Assembly (NCBI GenBank): GCA_043757865.1
Contig: JAYVOP010000235.1
Span: forward strand, 1-57,342
Direction of reading: 5' to 3'
From: Verrucomicrobiales bacterium
GTDB lineage: Bacteria > Verrucomicrobiota > Verrucomicrobiia > Verrucomicrobiales > V1-33
Length of the DNA: 57,342 nucleotides
Positions 9,127-19,117 of the stretch are shown here, one piece after another; position 1 is the stretch's first letter; each line of letters begins with the position of its first letter. The notes beneath the pieces were generated by a model. The model was not told the origin of the DNA. It saw nothing but the letters and a program-made list of their open reading frames with translations, and did not search any database. The translations under genes were made by a program, and so were the position numbers.

Positions 9127-10722
9127 ATGTCTGCCGCCTCTGAAATCGCCCGCCGTCGCACCTTCGCCATCATCTCCCACCCAGATGCGGGGAAGACCAC
9201 GCTCACGGAAAAGTTGCTGCTCTATGGAGGCGCGGTGCAGTTAGCGGGCTCTGTCACCGCGCGGAAAAATCAACGGGCTACCACGTCGGACTGGATGGAG
9301 CTGGAGCGGCAACGGGGGATCTCCGTGAGTTCCACCGTGCTGCAATTCGAGTATCGTGGCTGTGTCGTAAATCTGCTAGATACCCCCGGCCACAAAGACT
9401 TTTCGGAAGACACCTACCGCGTGCTGACCGCCGTGGATGCGGCCATCATGGTGGTGGATGCGGGGAAAGGGATCGAGGCCCAGACGCGCAAACTCTTTGA
9501 GGTCTGCCGCCGCCGTGGGGTGCCCATTTTCACCTTCATGAATAAAATGGATCGCCCTGCGCGCGAGCCCCTGGAACTGCTGGACGAACTGGAGAACGTG
9601 CTGGGAATCGGGGCCGTGGCCATGAACTGGCCGCTGGGCCAAGGCTCGTTTTTCCGAGGCGTCTTTGATCGCATGAAGAACGAGTTGCATCTCTTTGAGC
9701 GCACCGTGGGCGGCATGTATCGCGCGCCAGAGGAAGTCAGCGGCATTGATGATCCTAACGTGGCCACCAAGGTGGAATCTGCCGCCCTGTCCCAAGCTAA
9801 ATCAGAGTTAGAAATGCTGGCCGGAGCCGGGCACGAATTCGATCAAGCCGCCGTGCTCGCTGGTAACCTAACGCCCGTCTTCTTTGGCAGTGCCGCCAAC
9901 AACTTCGGCGTGCAACTCATGCTGGAAGCCTTCCTGGATCTCGCGCCTCCACCCACCGCGCGCATCGCTGCGGATGGCACGGAAGTGTTGCCAGAGCAGA
10001 AACATTTCTCCGCCTTCGTCTTCAAGATCCAGGCCAACATGGACCCCCGGCATCGGGATCGCATCTATTTCATTCGCATCGTTAGCGGAGCCTTCGCACG
10101 GGACATGCAAGTGACCAACTCCCGCACGGGCAAAACCCTCCGCTTAGCCAACTCCCAACGCGTCTTTGCCCGGGATCGGGAAACGCTGGACGAAGCCTGG
10201 GCGGGCGATGTGGTGGGCCTTGTGGGCAACTATGAACTGGGCATTGGAGACACCCTTTCCACGCAGAGTGGACTGCGTTTCAACGAGATCCCGCGCTTCC
10301 CACCAGAGGTCTTTGCCTACCTTCAGAGCCCGAATACGAGTCAGTTCAAACGCTTCCGGGAAGGCCTCACGCAACTCCTGCAAGAAGGCGTCATCCAACA
10401 ATTTTCCCAGCCCCATTCCACTCAACGCGTGCCCCTGTTAGGCGCGGTCGGCCCGTTGCAATTTGAAGTCGTGCAGTATCGCCTCCAGTCGGAATACAAC
10501 GCCGAGTCCCGCCTGGAAACCAGCCCCTATCAATACGTCCGCTGGGTCCGCCACACCGACGGCACGCCCTGCGGAGACGAGCTAAATCTACCCACTGGCA
10601 CCGCCCTGGCCCTGGATGGAGATCAACAACCGGTGATGCTTTTCCCCGAGACCTGGAGTATGAAATTCTTCACGGACCGCAATGCTGGCGTGGAGCTATC
10701 CGAACTGCCATTTAAAAGCTAG
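9127..10722 (+). CDS. prfC: peptide chain release factor 3
   Basis: RRRTFAIISHPDAGKTTLTEKLLLYGGA, SDWMELERQRGISV, LLDTPGHKDFSEDTYR, NKMDR, FVFKIQANMDP.HRDR and GAVGPLQFEV motifs. Confidence 0.97.
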   Translation: MSAASEIARRRTFAIISHPDAGKTTLTEKLLLYGGAVQLAGSVTARKNQRATTSDWMELERQRGISVSSTVLQFEYRGCVVNLLDTPGHKDFSEDTYRVLTAVDAAIMVVDAGKGIEAQTRKLFEVCRRRGVPIFTFMNKMDRPAREPLELLDELENVLGIGAVAMNWPLGQGSFFRGVFDRMKNELHLFERTVGGMYRAPEEVSGIDDPNVATKVESAALSQAKSELEMLAGAGHEFDQAAVLAGNLTPVFFGSAANNFGVQLMLEAFLDLAPPPTARIAADGTEVLPEQKHFSAFVFKIQANMDPRHRDRIYFIRIVSGAFARDMQVTNSRTGKTLRLANSQRVFARDRETLDEAWAGDVVGLVGNYELGIGDTLSTQSGLRFNEIPRFPPEVFAYLQSPNTSQFKRFREGLTQLLQEGVIQQFSQPHSTQRVPLLGAVGPLQFEVVQYRLQSEYNAESRLETSPYQYVRWVRHTDGTPCGDELNLPTGTALALDGDQQPVMLFPETWSMKFFTDRNAGVELSELPFKS

Positions 10723-11012
10723 GCCGTGCGACGACGGAGCATGAGAATATAGCCAAAGAGGGCAATGAAGCCTGCCGCTGCGGACTCTGGAACCGTGGTG
10801 GGGCTCTGCACGGCCAGGGCTTGCGGCACATCCAAGAGGCCATCCGCAGAGACCCCGCCGAGCATTCCCTCCACAGGGTTCACCTCTAGGCTAGCGGCCT
10901 CGGTAGGCGCAGCGGCCTTGACCGTAGCGGCCACGCCATTCCCATCTGTGATCGAGGCCGCCCAGGCGATCGAGACAGTGGTGAGGAATAAAACTAGCAG
11001 AGAAATCTTCAT
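10719..11012 (-). CDS. small PEP-CTERM-like protein
   Basis: Signal peptide, short low-complexity body, C-terminal VPESAAAGFIALFGYILMLRRR (PES variant, TM helix, basic tail). Confidence 0.75.
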   Translation of the reverse strand: MKISLLVLFLTTVSIAWAASITDGNGVAATVKAAAPTEAASLEVNPVEGMLGGVSADGLLDVPQALAVQSPTTVPESAAAGFIALFGYILMLRRRTA

Positions 11013-11103
11013 AAAAACGGGGCTCCGATACTACCTAAGATAGCACGGATGGCGAAGGAGAAAATCATAAATTCACCTCACTAGTCAAGATTTTTTAGTA
11101 AAA

Positions 11104-13410
11104 GTGTCGGGAAAATTCCCGCCATCGGAACCTCATTTTCCTTGGCAGGAAGAGGATCTGTTGATAGAGATGAAATCCACCATGCGCTCTCCCCTCCCCC
11201 ATCCACGCGCGGCGGTCTTGGGCAGTTTATTGCTCCTCACCAGCGTCGTTAGCTCCCCAGCCACCACCCGCCATGTCAACATCCTAACCGGCGTGGACAC
11301 GAATCCCGGCACAGCGGCTGCTCCCTGGAAAACGATCACGAAGGCTGTACAGCCCACCTCCGTAGCGGCTGGGGATCTAGTGTATATCCACGCGGGGACT
11401 TACGCGGAGGCCGTGAATGTGCTCAGCTCTGGCACTGCGGCGGGGGGCTTCATTACTTATCAAGCCTTTCCTGGTGACAAGGTAATCCTGGATGGCACGA
11501 CGATCATCCCCCCCGCGCGCAGCTCCACCGGTCTCATCACCCTAGTCAGTCAAAGTTATTTAAAATTTCTGGATCTGGAACTCCGTAATCTCAAAACTAC
11601 CACGGCCAATCATTCCGACGTCATGGGCGTGGTGATGACGGGCACCTCGCACCACATCGAGATCCGCAACTGCCTGATCCACGACATCCAAACGCTGCCG
11701 CCCGCTAACGGGATCGCCAATGGCATCGGCGTCTATGGCACGCAGGCGAACACGCCGATGACGGCTATAACCATCGATGGCTGTGAGGTCTATAACTTGG
11801 TAACCGATAGCAGTGAGTCCGTGACCTTTAATGGCAACATCGATGGTTTCCAAATCTCGAACTGCACGGTGCATGATTGTAATAACATTGGGATTGATTG
11901 CCTCGGCTTCGAGGGCATCGGCGGCACCACGCAGGATCAAGCGCGCAATGGCCTGATCCTGCATAACACGATTTATAACATCGACTCACTAACTAATCCC
12001 GCCTACTTCGGAGGGCGGGCCGCAGGCGGCATCTACGTGGACGGCGGCAAGGCCATCACCATTGAGGGCAATACCGTGCATCACGCCAACATCGGTATTG
12101 AGCTAGCGAGCGAACACTTCGGTTATGTGGCGAGCGACTGCGTGGTGCGGAATAACTTTATTTATCAATGTCACATCGGCGGAATCTTCCTGGGTGGGTC
12201 CGGGACAACCAATGGCGGAGCGCAGAATTGCCAACTGCTGAATAACACGTTGTATGATAATGATACGGACGATAGTGCCAATGGGGAAATCTGTTTCCAG
12301 AACTATGTCAATACCATCACCATCAAGCAAAACGTGCTCTATGCTGGGGTGGATATATATGGGGATAGTTATTTTATTCGCACCGGCGGCACCTCCATGG
12401 GCACGGTGGTGCAGCGGAATCTATATTTCTCGACAGCGGGCGTGGAGAATCGGAACTGGGAGTGGCAGGGCGTGCTCTATCCTAGCTTTGCGAGCTGGAA
12501 GACTGCCTCTGCGCAGGATTCGCTGAGCACGTTTGGGAATCCTCAATTCACGAACCTCAGCCCGCTGAATCTCCATATCCTAGCCAATTCCCCCGCGCGG
12601 AACGCGGGCGATCCGAGCTTTGCACCTGCGTTAGGAGAACAGGAAATCGATGCCCAAGCCCGCGTGGCGGAATCCGTGGTGGATCTAGGCGCAGATGAGT
12701 TTGTGCCCACCGTGACGCTCACCAGCAGTGATCTAGCCGCTGCCGAATGGGGGCTAGATCTGGCCAGCGGCACGCTGACGCGCAGTGCGGGCCAGCTGAC
12801 AGGCGCAGCGCTGAGTGTGGCGCTCAGCATTTCCGGCACCGCCACGAATGGCGTGGACTACGCTACGCTAACCAATATCACCATCCCAGCGGGGAGTATT
12901 AGTGCAAATTTTACCGTGACCCCCATTGCTGATTTACTAGCCGAGGGACCAGAAACGATCATCCTGGCTCCAGCCACTGTGACTGGGGCGCAGCTTAATG
13001 GCAATGCGGTCCCGCTCACGATCACGATTGCTGATCGCCCGCTCCAGCAGTGGAAATTCACCCATTTCGGCACCAATGCTAGCCTAGCTGCCGATGCCGC
13101 TGATCCTGATGGCGATGGCCGCCCGAACCTCTTGGAATATGCCACTGGCACCATTCCCACCGTGGCCAATGCCGGGCCGTTGCTCACCATCACCCGGACG
13201 AATAACTACGCCACCGCCACCCTGAACCGTATCAGTAAGCCCGTGGATGTGACGCTGACGCCGCAGATCTCCTCGAACCTCAGCACGTGGTTGCTGGCAC
13301 CTAACTTGGTGCTGCTCCAGGACACGGTCACCACTTTGCAATTCCGCGATGCCTCCACCATGAGCGCCAATCCTAAGCGCTGGCTACGCGTCCGCGCCAC
13401 CGCTCCCTGA
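11104..13410 (+). CDS. secreted right-handed parallel beta-helix protein with Calx-beta-like domain and DxDGDG-type C-terminal domain
   Basis: N-terminal NPGTAAAPWKTI..A...GD.VYIHAGTY.E, many Ix(D/N)GC/NN repeats, GIYVDGG, V.L.ISGTATNGVDY (Calx-beta-like), then W...HF...DPDGDGRPNLLEYA...RWLRVR. True start is probably later (about 11170-11182). Confidence 0.8.
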   Translation: MSGKFPPSEPHFPWQEEDLLIEMKSTMRSPLPHPRAAVLGSLLLLTSVVSSPATTRHVNILTGVDTNPGTAAAPWKTITKAVQPTSVAAGDLVYIHAGTYAEAVNVLSSGTAAGGFITYQAFPGDKVILDGTTIIPPARSSTGLITLVSQSYLKFLDLELRNLKTTTANHSDVMGVVMTGTSHHIEIRNCLIHDIQTLPPANGIANGIGVYGTQANTPMTAITIDGCEVYNLVTDSSESVTFNGNIDGFQISNCTVHDCNNIGIDCLGFEGIGGTTQDQARNGLILHNTIYNIDSLTNPAYFGGRAAGGIYVDGGKAITIEGNTVHHANIGIELASEHFGYVASDCVVRNNFIYQCHIGGIFLGGSGTTNGGAQNCQLLNNTLYDNDTDDSANGEICFQNYVNTITIKQNVLYAGVDIYGDSYFIRTGGTSMGTVVQRNLYFSTAGVENRNWEWQGVLYPSFASWKTASAQDSLSTFGNPQFTNLSPLNLHILANSPARNAGDPSFAPALGEQEIDAQARVAESVVDLGADEFVPTVTLTSSDLAAAEWGLDLASGTLTRSAGQLTGAALSVALSISGTATNGVDYATLTNITIPAGSISANFTVTPIADLLAEGPETIILAPATVTGAQLNGNAVPLTITIADRPLQQWKFTHFGTNASLAADAADPDGDGRPNLLEYATGTIPTVANAGPLLTITRTNNYATATLNRISKPVDVTLTPQISSNLSTWLLAPNLVLLQDTVTTLQFRDASTMSANPKRWLRVRATAP

Positions 13411-13418
13411 GAGTCTCG

Positions 13419-14828
13419 CTAAAAATTTTCTAGCAGGACGCGCAGGAACTGCCGACCACCGAGGCCCAGTGGCTTGCCGCTGCGCACGATCACGGATTCT
13501 ACATCGTCATCCACAGGGGTCGTGGACACCTCGATGGTGAAGGGAATCAAGCCTGCGGAGGGCGTGTGGATGTTGTCTTGCCAACTGGTTAGACTGTTAG
13601 ACACTTGCACATAATAATTCAGATCCGTGGCCCCTAGGCGTCTGCGGAACTGCACGGCGGGATAGCTTTGGCCGCCGTTCTGCACCACTCGGATCGCAGG
13701 TTGGCCGTCGGCATCGGGCAGCCAGGGGCGGAGGCCTTGGGCATACTCGGCTAGGTTCGTAACGCCGTCCTGGTCAGGGTCGGCAGTGGGGGAGGAGTGG
13801 GCGAGGGCCGCGTCCTTGCGGAAAAAGCGTGCAAGCCATTGGCTGTAGGTGGTGGTGCGGGTGTCTAGATCCAAGTCCCAAGGCTGACTGCTAAAGGTAT
13901 TGGTGCTGCTAGGGCCGATCAACGCCTCCGCAGCTCCATTGCCATCTAGGTCTCCACGGTTGACCCCACTGCGGCCAAATCCACTGGTGCCATTGGTGCC
14001 CGTGTCCACCCAGTAAATTTTCTGCGCCACGAGGTCCAGCGCCACGCCATGCGGGGCATTCAAACCAGCGTAGAGGTTGACCAGGGTGGTGAGATCGAAA
14101 TGATGATTGGCTGTCAGTTTGGCCCGCCGCACGGCGGCGGCATCTTTCTCGGTCCAGTAAACCATCTGGTTCGCAGCATCCACGGCAATGCCACGCACAT
14201 TGCTGCCGCCAGTGTAAATAATATCTGAGGTGATCCACGTAGGATCGGTGCCCGTGACTTCATAGCTTCCGGTACTATTTCCCCAAAGAATGGCGGGCAG
14301 ATTCAACGTGCTAGGGCCGCGATAGATTTCCAAATAGTAGGCGTCCGTAGCGGTCTTCGCATAGCTTGGGGTGACGATGAAATTACTGGTCAGCGCGCGC
14401 TGCAAGGTGCCAGCGCCTTGATCCGCCCAATAAAGATAGCCGCTAGGACGATCCAGTTTCAGATCCCGCACGGTATTGAGGCCGGAGACTTTCGCGGCGG
14501 AGGAACTGCCATCCAGATTCGTCTGCACGATCTGGGTGGTGACACCATAGTAGAGTTTACCCGCCGACACATCGACCGCCACGCCACGTGGATCCGCCGT
14601 GGGGGGGAGAGCGATGAAGGGCGTGGTGGTGGTGGGCGCGGCACCATCCAAGCCCATGCGGCGGATGGCTTTGGCACCACTAGCGCGGTCAGTCCAATAG
14701 ATCGCACCTGCGGAGGCAGGGCTAAAACAGCCCAACCAAAGGCCCAGCAGGAGGAATGGTGAGGGGGACATGAGGCGGATTTTACCAGAGGGACGCGGGC
14801 ACGTCACGGATAATATTTCCTGCCACAC
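13419..14828 (-). CDS. secreted YWTD/LDL-receptor-class-B-like beta-propeller protein with DxDxDG-type C-terminal domain
   Basis: Repeats IYWTD, PRGVAVD...KLYY, LYWAD, RGIAVD...MVYWTE and PHGVALD..KIYWVD, followed by W...F...DPDQDGVTNLAEY...RQFLRV. Probable start 14771. Confidence 0.8.
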   Translation of the reverse strand: MWQEILSVTCPRPSGKIRLMSPSPFLLLGLWLGCFSPASAGAIYWTDRASGAKAIRRMGLDGAAPTTTTPFIALPPTADPRGVAVDVSAGKLYYGVTTQIVQTNLDGSSSAAKVSGLNTVRDLKLDRPSGYLYWADQGAGTLQRALTSNFIVTPSYAKTATDAYYLEIYRGPSTLNLPAILWGNSTGSYEVTGTDPTWITSDIIYTGGSNVRGIAVDAANQMVYWTEKDAAAVRRAKLTANHHFDLTTLVNLYAGLNAPHGVALDLVAQKIYWVDTGTNGTSGFGRSGVNRGDLDGNGAAEALIGPSSTNTFSSQPWDLDLDTRTTTYSQWLARFFRKDAALAHSSPTADPDQDGVTNLAEYAQGLRPWLPDADGQPAIRVVQNGGQSYPAVQFRRRLGATDLNYYVQVSNSLTSWQDNIHTPSAGLIPFTIEVSTTPVDDDVESVIVRSGKPLGLGGRQFLRVLLENF

Positions 14829-14925
14829 TACTCATCGGTGGACCTCGCGAGGCTGCGGCTTAGAGCCGCGATTTTCATCTCATCATCAAAAGTTCTTCAT
14901 TGAAATGAAGCCCGCAGAGCGGTAA

Positions 14926-16236
14926 ATGCGGCCCGTGTTCCTCTCCCGCTTCTACCCTCTCCTAGTGTTCCTCTGCCCGCTGATTGCGTCGGCAGCGGTG
15001 TATCACGTGGGGTCTAAGGGCAGCGATACACGCGGGGAAGGCACGAGCGCGCAGCCCTGGAAGACGATCCAGCGCGCACTGGATGATTGTGTGGCGGGGG
15101 ACTCGGTGATGGTGCAGGCGGGCACGTATGCGGAGCGGGTGGAGTTCAACCAATCTGGCAATGCCACGGCGGGTTGGATCTCCCTGATAGGCGAGGATGG
15201 AGCCATCCTCAGTGGCAAGGGCGTGCGGGGCGCAGAACTGATCCGTGCAGAGAATCAGAGCTACCTGCGCATCACCAATCTGGATCTAGTGGATAACCAA
15301 AATGCCAAGGAGAGTGCTGGCATTATGATCGAAGGCGGCGGCAGTCATTATGAGATCAGCCATTGCCGCATCGCCCGCTGCACGGGGAAGAACGCCATCG
15401 GCATTGCTTTCTATGGTAGTAAAATTGACCAGCCGCTCTCAGACATTGTCATTGATCAAAACACGATCACGGATTGCCAACCTGCGCCCAGTGAAGCGTT
15501 AGTGCTGAATGGTAATGTGATTAAATTTGCCGTCACCAAGAACGTCATCACGAATGTAAATAACATCGGCATTGACTTCATCGGCGGAGAGTCGGGCATC
15601 GTGAAAGACCTCACTAAGGTGGCGCGCGAAGGCCTGTGCCAAGGGAACCGCGTGGAGCGTGCGCGCAGTAGTTATGGGGATGGCTATGCGGCGGGGATCT
15701 ATGTAGATGGCGGGAAAGACATCGTGATCGAAGACAATGTGGTGACGGAAAGTGACCTGGGGATTGAGGTCGGAGCAGAGAATAAAGGCACTGTGACCAC
15801 AGGTGTGATCGTGCGGGGGAATACGTTATTTAAAAATGATAAGGCCGGTCTGGTCTTCGGTGGCTATGACAAGAAACGCGGCCAAGTGCGCGAGTGTCAG
15901 TTTGTCGATAACATCTTTTACCAAAACACCCAACACGCCCATCCCCAAGCGGAACTGTGGATCCAGTTAGCCGCAGCCAACGTGGTGCGGGGGAATAGCT
16001 TTTGGGTAGCCCAGAACAAGCCCATGGCACTGATCGTCAGCGGCGGCAGTGGGAACACCGTGGATGAGAACACGTGGTATGCTGAGGGTGGCGCAGAAAG
16101 TCTGAAATATCAGCTAGGAAATGCTGGCGGCATGACCTTTGCCACATGGCAATCTGCCACGGGTTGGGATGCTAAGGGTAAGTTTGAGAAATGGGAATTC
16201 ACGGAGCCTGCGAAGCGCCACACAGCGGCCCGGTAG
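14926..16236 (+). CDS. secreted right-handed parallel beta-helix protein (paralog of 11104-13410, without C-terminal accessory domains)
   Basis: Signal peptide, GTSAQPWKTIQ.A...GD.V.VQAGTY.E, SEALVLNGNV, NNIGIDFIG and AAGIYVDGGK.I.IE.N...GIE; collinear with the N-terminal part of the 11104 protein. Confidence 0.82.
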   Translation: MRPVFLSRFYPLLVFLCPLIASAAVYHVGSKGSDTRGEGTSAQPWKTIQRALDDCVAGDSVMVQAGTYAERVEFNQSGNATAGWISLIGEDGAILSGKGVRGAELIRAENQSYLRITNLDLVDNQNAKESAGIMIEGGGSHYEISHCRIARCTGKNAIGIAFYGSKIDQPLSDIVIDQNTITDCQPAPSEALVLNGNVIKFAVTKNVITNVNNIGIDFIGGESGIVKDLTKVAREGLCQGNRVERARSSYGDGYAAGIYVDGGKDIVIEDNVVTESDLGIEVGAENKGTVTTGVIVRGNTLFKNDKAGLVFGGYDKKRGQVRECQFVDNIFYQNTQHAHPQAELWIQLAAANVVRGNSFWVAQNKPMALIVSGGSGNTVDENTWYAEGGAESLKYQLGNAGGMTFATWQSATGWDAKGKFEKWEFTEPAKRHTAAR

Positions 16237-16247
16237 GACTGAGGTGG

Positions 16248-17438
16248 TTAGGCCAGCGAAGGCACGCCGATGCTGACATCCGTGTCTGCGGCATAGTCCA
16301 CGCCTGCGAGGCCGAAGCCGAAGAGGCGGAGAAAGCTGGATTGGTAGCCTGCGAAATCGGCTAGCTCACTGAGGTTTTCCGTGGTGACGGCTTGCCAGCG
16401 TTGATCCACTAACGCCTGCACATCGGGAGCCATTTCCCAGTCATCCACGCGGATGCGCCCGGCACTGTCCGGCTGCGGTTGGCCATTGCAGAGCCGCTCC
16501 CGGAAGAGGCGATCCATTTGCTCAATGGTGTCCTCGTGGGTGCCCGCGGCTTTCATCACTTTATAGAGCAGGGAAATGTAGAGCGGCACCACCGGGATGG
16601 CGGAGCTGGCTTGAGTGACCAGCGCTTTATTGACGGAGACCCACGCCTTGCCGCCTAACGGAGCCAGCCGCACATCCAACGCGGCCTGAGCGCGCTCCAC
16701 GTCTTCCTTGGCGCGGCCAATGGTGCCGTCCTTGTAGATCGGCCACGTTTCCGCGGGGCCGATGTAGCTGTAGGCCACGGTCCGCACGCCGGGTGCTAAC
16801 ACGTCGGCAGCTAACAGGGCCTCCATCCAGAGTTCCCAATCTTCCCCGCCCATCACGGATACGGTCTGGGTGATGTCGTCCGGCGTGGCGGGCTCGATGG
16901 TCACTTCATTCACCACCCCGCTCGTGGTGTTCAGATTCTTGTTCGTGTAGGTGGCCTGGGTCGGCTTGAGACATGATTTATAAACTTCACCGGTCTTCGG
17001 ATCCACGCGCCGAGGCGAGGCCAGACTATAAATGACGCAATCCAAGTGCCCCAGGTCCGCTTTGATAGCTGCGATGACCTCCGTCTTCATCGCATCCGAA
17101 AAGGCATCCCCATTGAACGAGCGCGCATACAGCCCATCCGCTCGGGCCGCTTTTTCAAATGCCGCAGAATTATACCAACCCGCCGTGCCACAGCGATCCG
17201 CCTCCCCGGCCTTCTCAAAGAATACGCCAATGGTAGCCGCGCGCGCGCCAAAGGCCGCTGCGATGCGGGAAGAGAGCCCATAGCCCGTGCTAGCACCGAT
17301 GACGAGCACCTTCTGCGGGCCGTTCGGAATGACGCCACGCCGCTGCACCACAGCAATCTGTTCAGCAACGTGAGCCGCGCAGCCATCCGGGTGCGCGGTG
17401 GTGCAGATGAATCCGCGAATTTTAGGAGTTACGATCAT
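16248..17438 (-). CDS. fabV: enoyl-ACP reductase FabV / trans-2-enoyl-CoA reductase
   Basis: PKIRGFICTTAHP.GC, KVLVIGASTGYGL.SRI, GTAGWYN, YSLASPRR, VMGGEDW, IY.DGTIG.AK, VTQASSAIP and IRVDDWE motifs. Confidence 0.95.
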   Translation of the reverse strand: MIVTPKIRGFICTTAHPDGCAAHVAEQIAVVQRRGVIPNGPQKVLVIGASTGYGLSSRIAAAFGARAATIGVFFEKAGEADRCGTAGWYNSAAFEKAARADGLYARSFNGDAFSDAMKTEVIAAIKADLGHLDCVIYSLASPRRVDPKTGEVYKSCLKPTQATYTNKNLNTTSGVVNEVTIEPATPDDITQTVSVMGGEDWELWMEALLAADVLAPGVRTVAYSYIGPAETWPIYKDGTIGRAKEDVERAQAALDVRLAPLGGKAWVSVNKALVTQASSAIPVVPLYISLLYKVMKAAGTHEDTIEQMDRLFRERLCNGQPQPDSAGRIRVDDWEMAPDVQALVDQRWQAVTTENLSELADFAGYQSSFLRLFGFGLAGVDYAADTDVSIGVPSLA

Positions 17439-17498
17439 AGGGCGCTACGCATGAACGCACCCCGCCCCGCTGGCAACTGATTTGCGTGCCTTGGCCAG

Positions 17499-18548
17499 CT
17501 ACGGCATCAGCGCGAAGTCTGCCACCACCATGCGGTGGTCGCTGTTGGCCGTTTCCACCGTGCACGCGCGCACGGGCTGGAGCTGGCTACTAGCGTAAAT
17601 GTGATCAATCCGCAGCAGCGGCGTTTTATTCGGAAAAGTGTCTCCCCAGCCACTACCCACGGCGGCAAAGGCATCGGTAAAATCAGGCGTTAGCTCACGA
17701 AAGACCGCATCGCCTGCGGGGGCATTGAAATCCCCGCCAATCAAGATGGGAGCCATCCCGTAGAGCTTCCTAACTTCAAGAAATCTCCGCAGATCCCGCA
17801 TCTCTTCCCGACGCGAAATCCGATTCATATAATGAGATTGCCACGCCGCCGCGCGATGCAGGCCCACTTCCGTCACTGCCCCTTGCAGATGCACACTAAC
17901 TACATGCAACATCCTTCCATCTAGCTTGATGGAGCACGGCAACTCTCGCATCAGAAAGGGAGAGACGATGTTGCCCCCAGCATCCACCGACAGCGTGTAG
18001 AGCGGCAGCACCTCCCCCCGCGTCAGTACCGCCACCTCATAGCCGCCGAGCACGTGCGTGGGCTGTCCGTCGGGATATAATTTCTGCGCCAGCAGCGCCA
18101 ATGCTTGGTGGGACGGGGCTTCTTGCAGCAGCACCACATCCGGGTGCCACGGCAGCACCTCCTCCGCGCTAACGGGATTCATGTGGCGGCAGTTTAAAGA
18201 AATGACGCGCAGCAGATGCCGGCCCCCATCATCCGCTGGCACTCCAGGCACGGGGCGCTGCGCCCGCCAGCGCAGGAGCGGCGGCGTTTCATCCGAGCCG
18301 ATGACCAGGGTCACCAGCCACAGCACTAGCAGAAAAACGGACGCCCGCCGCCGCTGCCATTTCCAGCCTAGCAAGACCAAGATTACCCCCAGCCCGCACC
18401 ACGCCCAGAACGGGAAAACCGTCAACGCTGCCGCCCGATCCCACCGCCGCGCATACGCCGCCACGATGCCGAAATGCAGCGCCAGCCCACCCCACGGCCA
18501 ACCCATGCGGCAGCACCAGCCGAGCCCACGCAGGAAGGTTGCGATCAT
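17499..18548 (-). CDS. membrane-anchored endonuclease/exonuclease/phosphatase family protein
   Basis: N-terminal TM segments, then LRVISLN, DVVLLQE, ILIGGDFNAP, RIDHIYAS and SDHRMVVADF. Confidence 0.88.
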   Translation of the reverse strand: MIATFLRGLGWCCRMGWPWGGLALHFGIVAAYARRWDRAAALTVFPFWAWCGLGVILVLLGWKWQRRRASVFLLVLWLVTLVIGSDETPPLLRWRAQRPVPGVPADDGGRHLLRVISLNCRHMNPVSAEEVLPWHPDVVLLQEAPSHQALALLAQKLYPDGQPTHVLGGYEVAVLTRGEVLPLYTLSVDAGGNIVSPFLMRELPCSIKLDGRMLHVVSVHLQGAVTEVGLHRAAAWQSHYMNRISRREEMRDLRRFLEVRKLYGMAPILIGGDFNAPAGDAVFRELTPDFTDAFAAVGSGWGDTFPNKTPLLRIDHIYASSQLQPVRACTVETANSDHRMVVADFALMP

Positions 18549-18561
18549 GCCCGGGCAGTGA

Positions 18562-18876
18562 TTAGAAACCCATCCCTGGAGGCAGGCCCATGCCGCCAGT
18601 GAGTTTGCCCATTTCTGAGGAGGCCAACGCCTGGCCTTGCGCGATGGCGGCTTGCACGCCGCTGAGCACTAGCTCTTGCAGGAACTCCACATCCGTGGGG
18701 TCCACGATACTAGGATCAATCTTGATGGAGACCACCTCACCCGCGGCGGTGGCCACCACCGTCACCTTGCCCCCGCCCACAGCGGCTTCCACCGTGCGGG
18801 TTCCCAGGGAGGCCTGCGCCTCCTGCATCTTCTGCTGCATCTGCTGCGCCTGCTTCATTAACTTTTGAATATTCAT
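18562..18876 (-). CDS. ybaB: YbaB/EbfC family nucleoid-associated protein
   Basis: MNIQKLMKQAQQMQ.KMQ.AQ..L, GGGKV.V and IDP...DP.D.E.LQ.LV motifs. Confidence 0.93.
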   Translation of the reverse strand: MNIQKLMKQAQQMQQKMQEAQASLGTRTVEAAVGGGKVTVVATAAGEVVSIKIDPSIVDPTDVEFLQELVLSGVQAAIAQGQALASSEMGKLTGGMGLPPGMGF

Positions 18877-18950
18877 AGGCTAGCTGTCTGGCGCAGAACT
18901 CCGCCGAAGGAAAGAGGGAAATCTGCAAATGACTAGCCAAGGGGCATGGT

Positions 18951-19016
18951 GCGGCGTGCTTCCAGCCGCCGAGGATCACGCCACGCCTGCTACAACGGCG
19001 GCTAGAAGCACGCCGC
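18951..19016. repeat. REP-like inverted repeat, family copy 1
   Basis: gcggcgtgcttccagccgcc (18951-18970) and ggcggctagaagcacgccgc (18997-19016): 20-bp arms, one mismatch. The same arms occur at 46897-46960. Confidence 0.85.
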
Positions 19017-19117
19017 TCCGGACGTTAGCAAATTTACTCTCTTGGCTTCCCCCTCCTGTGCTGGCTCCACTTTAATGTTATCCGGGCGATGACGCCCGGA
19101 CTCCCAGGCCAGAGGCA

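Noticed and set aside
11060-11095. Minus-strand promoter TTGACT...TATGAT for the small PEP-CTERM gene
   Set aside because: The spacer is only 13 nt.
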